Notes under the pieces: model-generated
What the model saw: only the letters and a program-made list of their open reading frames with translations
The model's database searches: none
What the model was told of the DNA's origin: nothing
Shown here: in pieces, positions 1-8,680 of the stretch
Layout of the letters: each line of letters opens with the position of its first letter
Position numbering within the stretch: the stretch's first letter is position 1
Translations under genes and position numbers: made by a program
Assembly: GCA_022822725.1 (NCBI GenBank)
Contig: JAJEAN010000006.1
Span: 105,850-169,849 of the forward strand
From: Candidatus Latescibacterota bacterium
GTDB taxonomy: Bacteria > JAAXHH01
Direction of reading: 5' to 3'
Length of the DNA stretch: 64,000 nt

Positions 1-1
1 C

Positions 2-1798
2 CTGAACGGATTGATTGTGCCCCGGTCCGGCCGGGTCCTGGTGGACGGCCTGGACACGGCGGATCCGGAGAACAAGTGGCCGATCCATCAACGGGCGGGC
101 ATGATCTTCCAGAACCCGGACAACCAACTGGTCTCGACCACGGTGGAGCGGGAAGTGGCCTTCGGACTGGAAAACCTCGGCCTGCCTTCCCCGGAGATCC
201 ACGACCGCGTCGCGTGGGTCCTCAAACGGTTCAACCTGGAAAAGTACCGCCAATATCCTCCCCACAGGTTGTCCGGCGGAGAGAAGCAGCGCCTGGCCAT
301 CGCCGCCGTGACGTCCATGCGCCCCCGGTACCTCATTTGCGACGAGCCCACCTCGTCGCTGGACCCGGGCGACCGGCGGGACATACTCGACCTGCTCCTG
401 TCGATCGTGGAGGAATACCGGTTGAGCGTGGTCTTCATTACGCAGTCGCCGGAGGAAGCCGTCCGGATGGACCGCGTCGCGCTGGTGGTGGACGGGAACG
501 TCGCCGCCGAGGGAACGCCGGCGGAGGTGTACCGGGAATCCGGCCTGCTCGCAGCGCACGGGCTCGATGCACCGCTGGCCAAACGGCTCGCGGACGGCCT
601 GCGCACGCGCGGCGTCGCGGTGCCGGCCGGCATCGACCATCCGGAGCCTCTGGTCCAGTGGCTGGCCGACAGGGCACCCGAAGCGCCTGATTCGCGCGGG
701 GCATCCGATTCGCCCGGAGCACCCGATTCGCCCGGGGTATTCGTTTCGCCCGGGGTATTCGATTCGCCCGGGGTATCCGATTCGCCCGGGGCACCCGGTT
801 CGCCCGGGGCACCCGAGTCATCTATGCCCCGCCGAAGGGACGGTACGCCACCCATTATCGCTTTCGACCGGGTGTGCCATACCTACTCCCCCGGCACTTC
901 CCTGGAGATTCCCGCGCTGCGCGATGTGACTGTGCGGGTGTTCCCCGGTGAGTGCGTCGCGCTGACCGGGCCGAACGGTTCGGGAAAGTCCACGATGGTG
1001 CAGCACCTCAATCGCCTTCTCAAGGCGGATACGGGCACGGTTCGGGTCGAGGGGGCAGACGTATCGTCCCCGGAGACCGACCTGCGGAAGCTGCGTCAGA
1101 AAGTGGGACTGGTCTTCCAGTTTCCAGAGGCCCAGCTGTTCGAGGAAACCGTATTCGACGACGTGGCCTTCGGTCCCCGGCAAACGGGTGTTGCGGCATC
1201 GGATATCCAGGCCGTGGTCCACCGGGCGCTCGAGCGGGTCGGCCTGGATCCAGGCCGGTTTTCACACCGGCATCCCCTGACACTGAGCGGCGGGGAAAAA
1301 CGCCGGGCCGCGATCGCCGGAATCCTGGCCATGGAGCCTTCTGTCCTCGCGCTCGACGAGCCCACTTCCGGACTCGATCCGCATAGCGTACGGCAGGTCG
1401 AGGCGATTTTCAGGGCCAGCAAAGCGAAGGGGACGACCCTGTTCCTGATCACGCATGACATGGACCTGATCTCCCGCCTGGCCGACCGGATCCTGGTCAT
1501 GGAAAACGGCGGCATTGCGGAGGATACTACGCCGATCCGCCTGTTCGCCCGGGAGGACTGCGCCGGCGAGGGGACGCGGGCAAGGCAAGGACGGCAAGGA
1601 CGGGAGGACGGCGCCGGCAACGGGACGCGTGCACGACCAGGGCGGCCGGGGCTTTGCGACCTGCTGGCCGCCGTCGACGAAGCCGGGATCCCCGTCGATA
1701 CCGCCTGTTTCGACCTGGAAGAAGCCGCGGACATGATCCACGCGTTCCTATTCAACGACAACCATCACGCCAGTACCGGGGAAGGCCATCCATGCTAG
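2..1798 (+). CDS. Fused tandem ABC ATPase of an energy-coupling-factor (ECF)-type transporter (EcfA1-EcfA2-like); 5' end cut by the window edge
   Basis: The frame is open from nt 2, so the Walker A of the first half must lie upstream. Half 1 has signature LSGGEKQRLAIA and Walker B YLICDEPTSSLD. Half 2 has Walker A GPNGSGKST, LSGGEKRRAAIA, LALDEPTSGLD and H-loop ITHDM. The halves are joined by a DSPGAP-type repeat linker. Confidence 0.85.
   Translation: MNGLIVPRSGRVLVDGLDTADPENKWPIHQRAGMIFQNPDNQLVSTTVEREVAFGLENLGLPSPEIHDRVAWVLKRFNLEKYRQYPPHRLSGGEKQRLAIAAVTSMRPRYLICDEPTSSLDPGDRRDILDLLLSIVEEYRLSVVFITQSPEEAVRMDRVALVVDGNVAAEGTPAEVYRESGLLAAHGLDAPLAKRLADGLRTRGVAVPAGIDHPEPLVQWLADRAPEAPDSRGASDSPGAPDSPGVFVSPGVFDSPGVSDSPGAPGSPGAPESSMPRRRDGTPPIIAFDRVCHTYSPGTSLEIPALRDVTVRVFPGECVALTGPNGSGKSTMVQHLNRLLKADTGTVRVEGADVSSPETDLRKLRQKVGLVFQFPEAQLFEETVFDDVAFGPRQTGVAASDIQAVVHRALERVGLDPGRFSHRHPLTLSGGEKRRAAIAGILAMEPSVLALDEPTSGLDPHSVRQVEAIFRASKAKGTTLFLITHDMDLISRLADRILVMENGGIAEDTTPIRLFAREDCAGEGTRARQGRQGREDGAGNGTRARPGRPGLCDLLAAVDEAGIPVDTACFDLEEAADMIHAFLFNDNHHASTGEGHPC
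689..815 (+). repeat. 7 x 18-bp in-frame tandem repeat (DSPGAP-type hexapeptides) forming the inter-domain linker of the fused ABC ATPase
   Basis: Direct reading: gattcgcccggggyaycc-type units encoding DSRGAS DSPGAP DSPGVF VSPGVF DSPGVS DSPGAP GSPGAP. Confidence 0.9.
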
Positions 1799-2688
1799 TC
1801 GACATCCATACCAACCTGATGTGGTACCCGGACCATATGTCCGATGAATTCGTGGAATTCGCCTACGCCGCCAAGAAGGCCAAGATGCGGCTGTCCGAGG
1901 ACGTCTACTACGCCGGCCACGAGGATCAGTACAAAAACGCTTTCGATTCCACGCCCGAAACGCTGCTGAAGGCGACAGAAGACTGCGACAAGGTGGTGGT
2001 GTTCGGGCTGAAAGCGCCCTACTGCGGGATGGACGTGCCCCAGGAACTGGTCGCCGGATTCGTGGCGGAACATGCGGACCGGTTCATCGGCTGGTGCTCC
2101 GTCGACCCGAACGACGAAGACGCCGTCGAACAACTCGAATACAACGTGAACGAGCTTGGCCTGCGCGGGCTGAAGGTCGCGCCGATCTACCAGCACTTCG
2201 ACCCGCAGGACCCGGTCCATCTTCCCCTGTTCAAGAAGGCGGAAGCGCTGGACATCCCCGTCATCTGGCACCAGGGCACTTCCTTCGTGCGGCCGGGCCC
2301 GCTCAAGTGGGCCAATCCGATCCAGCTGGAGGACATCGCGGTGGCCTGCCCGGACCTGCGGATGATGATCGCCCACATGGGGCACCCGTGGGAAGACGAA
2401 TGCGTGGTGCTGATCCGGAAGCATCCGAATCTCTACGCGGACATTTCGGCCCTGCACTACCGCCCGCTTCGTCACTACATGGCCTTCATGTCCGCCCTGG
2501 AGTACGGCGTGGAGCACAAGCTTATCTTCGGCTCCGACTTTCCCTCCGCCACGCCGGCGCAGGTCATTGCGGGCCAATGGAAGGTGAACGACGTCGTACG
2601 CAACACTTCCCTGCCCGTTTTTCCGGAGGAGGCCATTCACAACATGATCTATGAAAACTGGAAGGCGTTCCTGCCGGAAGCACAATAG
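1792..2688 (+). CDS. Amidohydrolase-2 (ACMSD-like) family metal-dependent hydrolase
   Basis: Motifs VDIHTN near the N-terminus, WHQGTSF, IAHMGHPW and FGSDFP. The ATG at 1792 overlaps the upstream stop (ATGCTAG). The longer ORF-track start at 1654 would overlap the ATPase by 145 nt and encodes Arg-rich junk. Confidence 0.75.
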   Translation: MLVDIHTNLMWYPDHMSDEFVEFAYAAKKAKMRLSEDVYYAGHEDQYKNAFDSTPETLLKATEDCDKVVVFGLKAPYCGMDVPQELVAGFVAEHADRFIGWCSVDPNDEDAVEQLEYNVNELGLRGLKVAPIYQHFDPQDPVHLPLFKKAEALDIPVIWHQGTSFVRPGPLKWANPIQLEDIAVACPDLRMMIAHMGHPWEDECVVLIRKHPNLYADISALHYRPLRHYMAFMSALEYGVEHKLIFGSDFPSATPAQVIAGQWKVNDVVRNTSLPVFPEEAIHNMIYENWKAFLPEAQ

Positions 2689-2692
2689 AAAA

Positions 2693-2717
2693 GGGCGGCC
2701 CATACATTAGGCCGCCC
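2693..2717 (-). terminator. Rho-independent terminator after pal paralog 1, between convergent genes
   Basis: 8-bp GC stem GGGCGGCC/GGCCGCCC with a 9-nt loop, followed on the minus strand by CTTTTCT. Confidence 0.7.
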
Positions 2718-2766
2718 CTGTGTACAATTGCAGTGCTACAACGACTCGGGATACCCCCGGGAGCGC

Positions 2767-3420
2767 TTACTGGCGCTTCAGCTCGACGCGCCGGTTCTGC
2801 GCCAGGGCGCTTTCTTCGCTGCCCATGACCGCCTGACGCTCTTCACCGTAACTGACGGTATCGATGCGGTCTTCCGCCACGCCGGCATCCAGGAGGTAAG
2901 TCCTGACCGCCTGGGCGCGCCGTTCACCCAGCGCCAGGTTGTATTCGATCGTACCCCGTTCATCGGTGTGGCCCTCGACCACCACCCTGTCTTCGGGCTG
3001 GTATTCCCGCAGCTTGCGGACGTTTTCATCCAGGACCGCGCGCTGGTCTTCCCGGACGGACGACTGGTCGTAGTCGAAGTAGATGGTGGCCAGCGACATC
3101 ATCTCCTGGTGCAGGGCCTCGGCCTCGGCGGCCCTTCGGGCTTCCTCTTCGGCCAGTCGGCGAGCTTCCTCCTCGGCTGCCAGGCGGGCTTCTTCTTCGG
3201 CTATGCGCCGGGCTTCTTCTTCGGCCGCCAGGCGGGCTTCCTCTTCAGCCTGTACCGCCCTGATCGAATCCGCGATCGCCTGTTGACGCGCCGCCTCCAT
3301 CGCGGCCAGTTCCTCCGCGGAAGGTCCCCGGGTTACGGCGCAGCAGGCGCCCATCCAAACGGGGGCGGCGACGAGTACACAGAGCGCCATGACCGATGCC
3401 GTATTGCTCCATCGCTTCAT
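2767..3420 (-). CDS. pal: Peptidoglycan-associated lipoprotein (Pal/OmpA-family), paralog 1, with EEEARR charged-helix spacer
   Basis: Signal peptide plus lipobox-like VWMGAC. There are five 8-aa EEEARxxA repeats. The C-terminal OmpA-like domain reads VVVEGHTDERGTIEYNLALGERRAQAV...NRRVELK. SD GGAAAGGAG precedes the ATG. Confidence 0.85.
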   Translation of the reverse strand: MKRWSNTASVMALCVLVAAPVWMGACCAVTRGPSAEELAAMEAARQQAIADSIRAVQAEEEARLAAEEEARRIAEEEARLAAEEEARRLAEEEARRAAEAEALHQEMMSLATIYFDYDQSSVREDQRAVLDENVRKLREYQPEDRVVVEGHTDERGTIEYNLALGERRAQAVRTYLLDAGVAEDRIDTVSYGEERQAVMGSEESALAQNRRVELKRQ

Positions 3421-3517
3421 GTAGAACTCCTTTCCCTTAAGTTGTCGTTTTCATCCAGAAATGATTCAGCCGGTCTTGCCTTTTTTCGCTTAACATCCGT
3501 TTCAACCTGAGCGGCAA

Positions 3518-3546
3518 AGTATATGGCTTTTTCCATCATCTTTCAA
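3518..3546 (-). promoter_or_regulatory. Sigma70-type promoter for pal paralog 1
   Basis: Minus strand TTGAAA-17 nt-TATACT, about 95 nt upstream of the ATG in an AT-rich spacer. Confidence 0.55.
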
Positions 3547-3624
3547 TGTTTTTTTGCAGTACGCCGGTCTGTCCCTCGCATCCACCTGCAAATAGGAAAG
3601 CGGGAAACCGTTTCACGTAGACAG

Positions 3625-3656
3625 ACAAAAAAGGGGCGACATTTATGGCCGCCCCC
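3625..3656 (-). terminator. Rho-independent terminator after pal paralog 2
   Basis: Minus strand GGGGCG-loop-CGCCCC followed by TTTTTTGTCTGT. Confidence 0.7.
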
Positions 3657-3689
3657 GTCCTGTAACCGTATGAGTAATGCGGAATATGC

Positions 3690-4331
3690 TTAGTTGCGCT
3701 TCAACTCGGCGCGCCGGTTCTGCGACCAGGCGCCTTCGTCGTCACCCATGACCGCCGGCTGCTCTTCACCGTAACTGACGGTCTCGATGCGGCCGTCCGC
3801 CACGCCGGCATCCACGAGGTACGTCTTGACGGCCTGGGCACGCTGCTCACCCAGTGCAAGGTTGTATTCGATCGTACCGCGCTCATCGCAGTGGCCTTCG
3901 ACCATCACCCCGTCTTCGGGCTGGTACTCCCGCAACTTGCGGGCGTTCTCGTCCAGGGCCGAACGCTGGTCTTCCCGGATGTTCGACATGTCGTAATCGA
4001 AGTATACGGTGGAAAGGGACATCATCTCCTGGTGCCGGGCTTCGGCGGCCCTGCGGGCTTCCTCTTCGGCCAGGCGGCGGGCTTCTTCCTCGGCCGCCAG
4101 GCGGGCTTGCTCTTCGGCCAGGCGGCGGGCTTCTTCCTCGGCTGCCAGGCGGGCTTCCTCTTCAGCGCGTACCGCCCTGAGTGAATCCGCTATGGCCTGC
4201 TGACGCGCGGCCTCCATCGCGGCCAGTTCTTCCGCGGAAGGACCCCTGGAACAGGCGGCACCCATCCACGCGGGAGCGGCGACCATCACGCATAGCGCCA
4301 GGACCGGAAACGTGCTACGCCATCTTTTCAT
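3690..4331 (-). CDS. pal: Peptidoglycan-associated lipoprotein (Pal/OmpA-family), paralog 2
   Basis: Same architecture as paralog 1 with a nearly identical N-terminal half. OmpA domain: EGHCDERGTIEYNLALGEQRAQAV...NRRAELK. SD GAAAGGAG is present. Confidence 0.85.
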   Translation of the reverse strand: MKRWRSTFPVLALCVMVAAPAWMGAACSRGPSAEELAAMEAARQQAIADSLRAVRAEEEARLAAEEEARRLAEEQARLAAEEEARRLAEEEARRAAEARHQEMMSLSTVYFDYDMSNIREDQRSALDENARKLREYQPEDGVMVEGHCDERGTIEYNLALGEQRAQAVKTYLVDAGVADGRIETVSYGEEQPAVMGDDEGAWSQNRRAELKRN

Positions 4332-4498
4332 TACAGCACTCCTTTCAAATGGGTGCGTTACTTATCCATGTATGAACGGCAGATATATGGACGCCATGTC
4401 GACCACAGCGTGTTTTTTTCGACGCGGTGTCAAACCGGTACATCCGCTTTTAAAATCTCTACTTCAGCATCGAAAGTAAAGGAAAAAGTCCGTCTTCC

Positions 4499-5302
4499 TC
4501 AGTCTTCCGGCATCAGTTCCAGTCTCATCCTCGCGAGCTGGGCTTCCTCCGAATCGGGGAAATCAGCGATTACCCGTTCCAGGTAGGACCGCGCCTCGGC
4601 CGGTTCCTTCCGGGCCACTTTGATAAAGGCGATCTTCAACAGGGTGGCCGGCACCTTGTTTCCATCGGGATACGTGACCAACAGCAACTCGTAGGCATCG
4701 AGCGCCTGGGTGTACAGGCTCTGGGTATAGTAGCTTTCGCCGATATAGTACTGCGCGTCGTCCGCCAGGTCCGAATCCGGGAAGTACTCGATGTACTGGG
4801 TAAACTGCCGGGTCGCCACGTCGTAGCTGCCCCGCTGGTAGTCTCCCAGCGCCAGGTCGTACAGTTCGCCCGGATCGAAGGGCCCGGACGGTGCCGCAGA
4901 CGTATCCGGCCCTGCCGGCGCGCTCAGCTGGACCTGCAGGCTTTCCATCCTGCGCACCAGGGCCGAGAACTGACGGTCGCTTTCCGTGATGCGCGTGGTA
5001 AGGGTCTGCAAACCGCTTTCGATGGCGCCGACCCGCTGCCCCATGTCCGCCCGCATGCGCAGCAACTCGTCCATCTGGTCCCGCACGAGGGCTTCCAGCC
5101 GCTCGATGTGCACTTTCAGCGAGTCCGTGTCCTCCTGAAGGGCGACCTCCTCGCGCATGACCTGCATCTGGGCCCGCAGATGGGTCGTGTCGTTCTTCAG
5201 GTTGGTCAGGTCGGACTGGACGCCGCATGCGCCCGTAACGACCAGGACGAAGATCGCCGGCAGCAGGCAGGTTCCGGGGAGTTTAAGGGACCTCTCGCTC
5301 AT
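4499..5302 (-). CDS. cpoB: Tol-Pal system protein CpoB/YbgF (coiled coil + TPR)
   Basis: TM/signal segment, coiled-coil region, and C-terminal TPR region (YDLALGDYQRGSYDVATRQFTQYIEYFPDSDLADDAQYYIGESYY...). The start at 5302 (MSERSL) is preceded by GAGAGGAA and avoids a 65-nt overlap with tolB. Confidence 0.8.
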   Translation of the reverse strand: MSERSLKLPGTCLLPAIFVLVVTGACGVQSDLTNLKNDTTHLRAQMQVMREEVALQEDTDSLKVHIERLEALVRDQMDELLRMRADMGQRVGAIESGLQTLTTRITESDRQFSALVRRMESLQVQLSAPAGPDTSAAPSGPFDPGELYDLALGDYQRGSYDVATRQFTQYIEYFPDSDLADDAQYYIGESYYTQSLYTQALDAYELLLVTYPDGNKVPATLLKIAFIKVARKEPAEARSYLERVIADFPDSEEAQLARMRLELMPED

Positions 5303-5324
5303 TTCCTCTCGATCCGCTTCGAAA

Positions 5325-6746
5325 TCATTCTGGTCTGGGACCCCAGCTGGGTTGCCGGTTGTTGCCTTCCGTGATGACGGGATGGACATCGCCTCCGTAC
5401 CAGGACATCCGGTAGATGTGGTACGCTCCGCTGCGGACGCGGTCCGAACTGAAGAGAATGTGCAGTCCGTCCGGGGACCAGGTCGGGTTCACGTTGTCTC
5501 CTTCCGGACCGCGGACACCCGTGAGTTTCACCAGGTTGCTGCCGTTGACGTCGCAGGTGTAGATATTGAAGACACGCCGGGATCCTCCCCGCCTCCCCGT
5601 CGCCAGATCACCGCCCACGAAGGCAATGCGGTCGCCCCGTGGCGACCACGCCGGCGATCCGTTGTAACCGCCCTCGGAGGTGATGCGATGGTCATTCGAG
5701 CCATCTATATTAATAACGTACAGGTGCTTCTGTGTCAATCGGTCCGACATGTAAACCAACTGGTCGCCCCGCGGTGACCAGGACGGTGAAACGTTGATCC
5801 CGTAACCGGTCGCCAGCGGTACCAGCCGGCTCCCGTCCAGCGTGCTGATGTACAGCCTGGAAATCCCCTCCGTGACCAGGCTCAGGATCAGGTGGCGGCC
5901 GTCCGGCGACCAGCGCGGCGAAAGCACCGTTCTCCCGCCGAAAGGGACCTTGCGGGTTTCCCCGCTCTGCAGGTCGAGGATATACAGTTCATGGGGGCCG
6001 TCGCGGTAGGAGGTGTAGGCGATCCTGGTGCCGTCCGGCGACCAGTTCGGCGAGTACTTCCGTGCGCCGTCCCGGGTCAGCTGGCGGACGTTGAACCCGT
6101 CGTAATCCGATATGTACAGTTCCGGGGCCCCGCTGCGCTGGGAAACAAAGACGACGCGGGTCTGGGCGGTGCCCCGGTCTCCGGTCAGCTGGAACACGAT
6201 GTCGTCGGCCATGAGGTGCACGATTCTTCTCAGGGTCAGGTCGAAGGCGGCGTACCCCTTTTCCATGATCGTCCGCCGGGTACCCAGATCGGTAAGACGG
6301 ACGGAGATTTCCACCCGGGATCCCGATACTTCGTACGTCCCCGACACCATGACCTGGACGGACAACTTGCGCAGCAGTTCGAGGTCCACTTCTCCGGCGG
6401 CATCCATGAACACGTAGGTGGTGTCGCCGGCGCTGCCCGTCAGCACCGGAGCGCCATCGTCCGCTTCGACCCGGGCCGGAATGGAAAGGTCCCGAACGGC
6501 GAATACGCCGGAGAACGACAGGTCCCGCATGAGCACCTGGTTGACGGTGTCCTGCACGGCGGCGTCGAAGGCCGTTCCGTCCCGGGGGACAAAGGGCTTG
6601 AAGGCGATCGGTATGCGGGGGGAGACGCGGGCCTGCACGCTGAGATTGACCTCGGCCTGGCCCGACGCGGACTGCGCGCCGAGCAGGGACAGGACGAAGG
6701 CCGCCAGCAGGATCCTCAACGGCCAGGCACACTGTTTCATGCTCAT
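5325..6746 (-). CDS. tolB: Tol-Pal system beta-propeller protein TolB
   Basis: Signal peptide, TolB N-domain, and repeated PD40 motifs (SPDGTRIAY, SPDGRHLIL, SPRGDQLVY, SPRGDRIAF, SPDGLHILF). The start at 6746 (MSMKQ) has GGAAGG 6 nt upstream. Confidence 0.9.
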   Translation of the reverse strand: MSMKQCAWPLRILLAAFVLSLLGAQSASGQAEVNLSVQARVSPRIPIAFKPFVPRDGTAFDAAVQDTVNQVLMRDLSFSGVFAVRDLSIPARVEADDGAPVLTGSAGDTTYVFMDAAGEVDLELLRKLSVQVMVSGTYEVSGSRVEISVRLTDLGTRRTIMEKGYAAFDLTLRRIVHLMADDIVFQLTGDRGTAQTRVVFVSQRSGAPELYISDYDGFNVRQLTRDGARKYSPNWSPDGTRIAYTSYRDGPHELYILDLQSGETRKVPFGGRTVLSPRWSPDGRHLILSLVTEGISRLYISTLDGSRLVPLATGYGINVSPSWSPRGDQLVYMSDRLTQKHLYVINIDGSNDHRITSEGGYNGSPAWSPRGDRIAFVGGDLATGRRGGSRRVFNIYTCDVNGSNLVKLTGVRGPEGDNVNPTWSPDGLHILFSSDRVRSGAYHIYRMSWYGGDVHPVITEGNNRQPSWGPRPE

Positions 6747-6813
6747 TTCAGGCCTTCCGGGCTTTGATCCGATCATGGCCTCGGGTCTGGTTTCGCGCGT
6801 GTTCGTTGCCGCT

Positions 6814-7437
6814 TTACAACGCGTACTGGAAGGCGAAATGCACGCCCAGGTAGGACTTCCTGTAGCCTTCCGGAAGCGGTGGCAGCGGATCGGCCGCGTT
6901 CAACGCCCGCTGCGCCGCCAGGTCGAAGACCGGATTGGAAGACGAACGCTCCATGACGACGCCGGTAATCCGGCCGGACCGTACCACGCGGAAGTAGATG
7001 ACCGTCTCGAGTTGGGTTACGCCGATCATCCTGGGCACGTTGAAGTGCTGTTGTATCTTCCGCTGCATCATGCCCAGGTAGTAAGGGTATTCGAAGTTCC
7101 GCTCGTCCAGGCGGATTTCCGGTGAATCGGTCTCGAAGGTCTGCGGCGCTTCCGGTGCGGGGTCCGGTTCTTCGGCGACCAGGCGCGGCGTCCGTTCCAG
7201 CGCCAGGGGCGCCTCCTCATGCGGCGCGGCGGCCTCCTTCTTCGAGACGACTTCGTACACCTCGTCGATCGCGGGCGGACGCTGAACCGGCGGACTTTCG
7301 TTCAGCGTTACCAGGTCGACCCGGTAGACCTGCCGATCCAGCGACGACGCCGGCGCGGACCACCAGGTATTCAAACCGATCAACCCGGCGATCACCGCCA
7401 TATGCAGGCATCCGGAAGCCCAGATCATGCGTTTCAT
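6814..7437 (-). CDS. TonB/TolA-family energy transducer (occupies the TolA position)
   Basis: N-terminal TM helix, Pro/Glu-rich linker, and TonB_C-like C-terminus (VIYFRVVRSGRITGVVMERSSSNPVFDLAAQRAL). The start overlaps the tolR stop by 1 nt (TAATG). Confidence 0.75.
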   Translation of the reverse strand: MKRMIWASGCLHMAVIAGLIGLNTWWSAPASSLDRQVYRVDLVTLNESPPVQRPPAIDEVYEVVSKKEAAAPHEEAPLALERTPRLVAEEPDPAPEAPQTFETDSPEIRLDERNFEYPYYLGMMQRKIQQHFNVPRMIGVTQLETVIYFRVVRSGRITGVVMERSSSNPVFDLAAQRALNAADPLPPLPEGYRKSYLGVHFAFQYAL

Positions 7438-7856
7438 TATCGTGAGGGCCTCAGACTGGTCGCCAGGCCGATCTGCGTTACGCCGTGCTGCTTGAGTTTA
7501 TCCAGCACGCCAATGACGGCGCCGTAGGGCACCTGGTCGTCTCCGCGGATAAACACCGGCTTGTCCTGCTGATCCTCGAATATCTCTCCGAACACCCCGT
7601 CGAACTGGGCGATCGAAAGCAGCCGGTCTTCGAGGTAGAGCGACCCCTCGCTCGTAATCGTGATGACGAGGCCCTCGCCGAGATCCGGCGCGGCCGCGCT
7701 TGCCCTGGGCAGATCCACCTGGACGCCGCTCTGGATCATAGGCGTGGTAATCATGAAGATGATCAGGAGCACGGTCATGACGTCGACCAGCGCCGTGACC
7801 CTGATTTCCGAGAGGACGCGGGGCGAACCCGCGCCATTGAAATCGAAGGAATTCAT
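7437..7856 (-). CDS. tolR: TolR/ExbD biopolymer transport protein
   Basis: MNSFDF...EIRVTALVDVMTVLLIIFMITTP is a typical ExbD/TolR N-terminus. The ATG at 7856 overlaps the tolQ stop (ATGA). The ORF-track start at 8126 is an artefactual extension. Confidence 0.85.
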   Translation of the reverse strand: MNSFDFNGAGSPRVLSEIRVTALVDVMTVLLIIFMITTPMIQSGVQVDLPRASAAAPDLGEGLVITITSEGSLYLEDRLLSIAQFDGVFGEIFEDQQDKPVFIRGDDQVPYGAVIGVLDKLKQHGVTQIGLATSLRPSR

Positions 7857-8569
7857 GGCCTCCCCGCGACGGTCCGCAACTGGAGGATGTTCAGGACCGC
7901 GGTGGCCAGGTCCTCGAGTTCCAGACCCAGCACCCGCGACTGCTGAACGAAGTAGTTGTACGCCACCATGGCCGGGATCGCCACGGCCAGGCCCGCGATT
8001 GTCGTAATCAGGGCTTCCGCGATGCCGGGCGCCACGACCACGATGTTGGTGGAGCCCTGGGTACTGATGTCCAGAAAGGCGGTCATGACGCCCCACACCG
8101 TTCCGAACAGGCCGAGAAACGGGCACACGCTTCCGGCCGTGGCCAGCAGGGGCAACCGCTGCTCGAACCTGGCCAGTTCCCGGTGGGCGGCCAGCCGCAG
8201 GTCGCGGTAGACGGACTCCACCAGGTCCTGGTCGACTTCCCTCGTCCGGCCGGCCTGGTCTGCCTGGTCTTCACTTCCGGCCGGATGCGGAAACGCCGAC
8301 GCGTGTTTCTCGTAAACCTCGCGGTACACCGCGGCGGCAGGACTGAACGGCAACCTGGAGGCGGCGGTAAAAACCCGTCTGTAGTTGCGCTCCGACCGGA
8401 AGAACGCGAGGAATTCCTTCGACTGCACCTGGGCCCGGCGAAAGTACCGCCAGCGTTCCGCCATGATCGCCCATGAAACGATGGAGAATACCATGAGGAC
8501 GATAATGACGGTCTTGGCGACGGCGCCCGAATCCATGATCAGATTCAGGATACTAATTTCGGATGACAA
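7853..8569 (-). CDS. tolQ: TolQ/ExbB (MotA/TolQ/ExbB proton channel)
   Basis: Three TM helices and a conserved C-terminal region (LLATAGSVCPFLGLFGTVWGVMTAF...VAPGIAEALITTIAGLAVAIPA). Confidence 0.9.
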   Translation of the reverse strand: MSSEISILNLIMDSGAVAKTVIIVLMVFSIVSWAIMAERWRYFRRAQVQSKEFLAFFRSERNYRRVFTAASRLPFSPAAAVYREVYEKHASAFPHPAGSEDQADQAGRTREVDQDLVESVYRDLRLAAHRELARFEQRLPLLATAGSVCPFLGLFGTVWGVMTAFLDISTQGSTNIVVVAPGIAEALITTIAGLAVAIPAMVAYNYFVQQSRVLGLELEDLATAVLNILQLRTVAGRP

Positions 8570-8620
8570 AGTGCGTTCAAGTCCTTTCGACAGATCTCAT
8601 GGCCCCATACCGTCGGCTTG

Positions 8621-8650
8621 AAAGTAGGCGCACGGAAGCGTGCGTGTCAA
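8621..8650 (-). promoter_or_regulatory. Candidate promoter of the tol-pal cluster with a palindromic spacer
   Basis: Minus strand TTGACACG-(18-nt spacer)-TACTTT. The spacer is almost entirely the inverted repeat CGCACG-N4-CGTGCG (8629-8644). Confidence 0.5.
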
Positions 8651-8680
8651 GCACTACAGGACGCTGGATCCTGTCGATCC

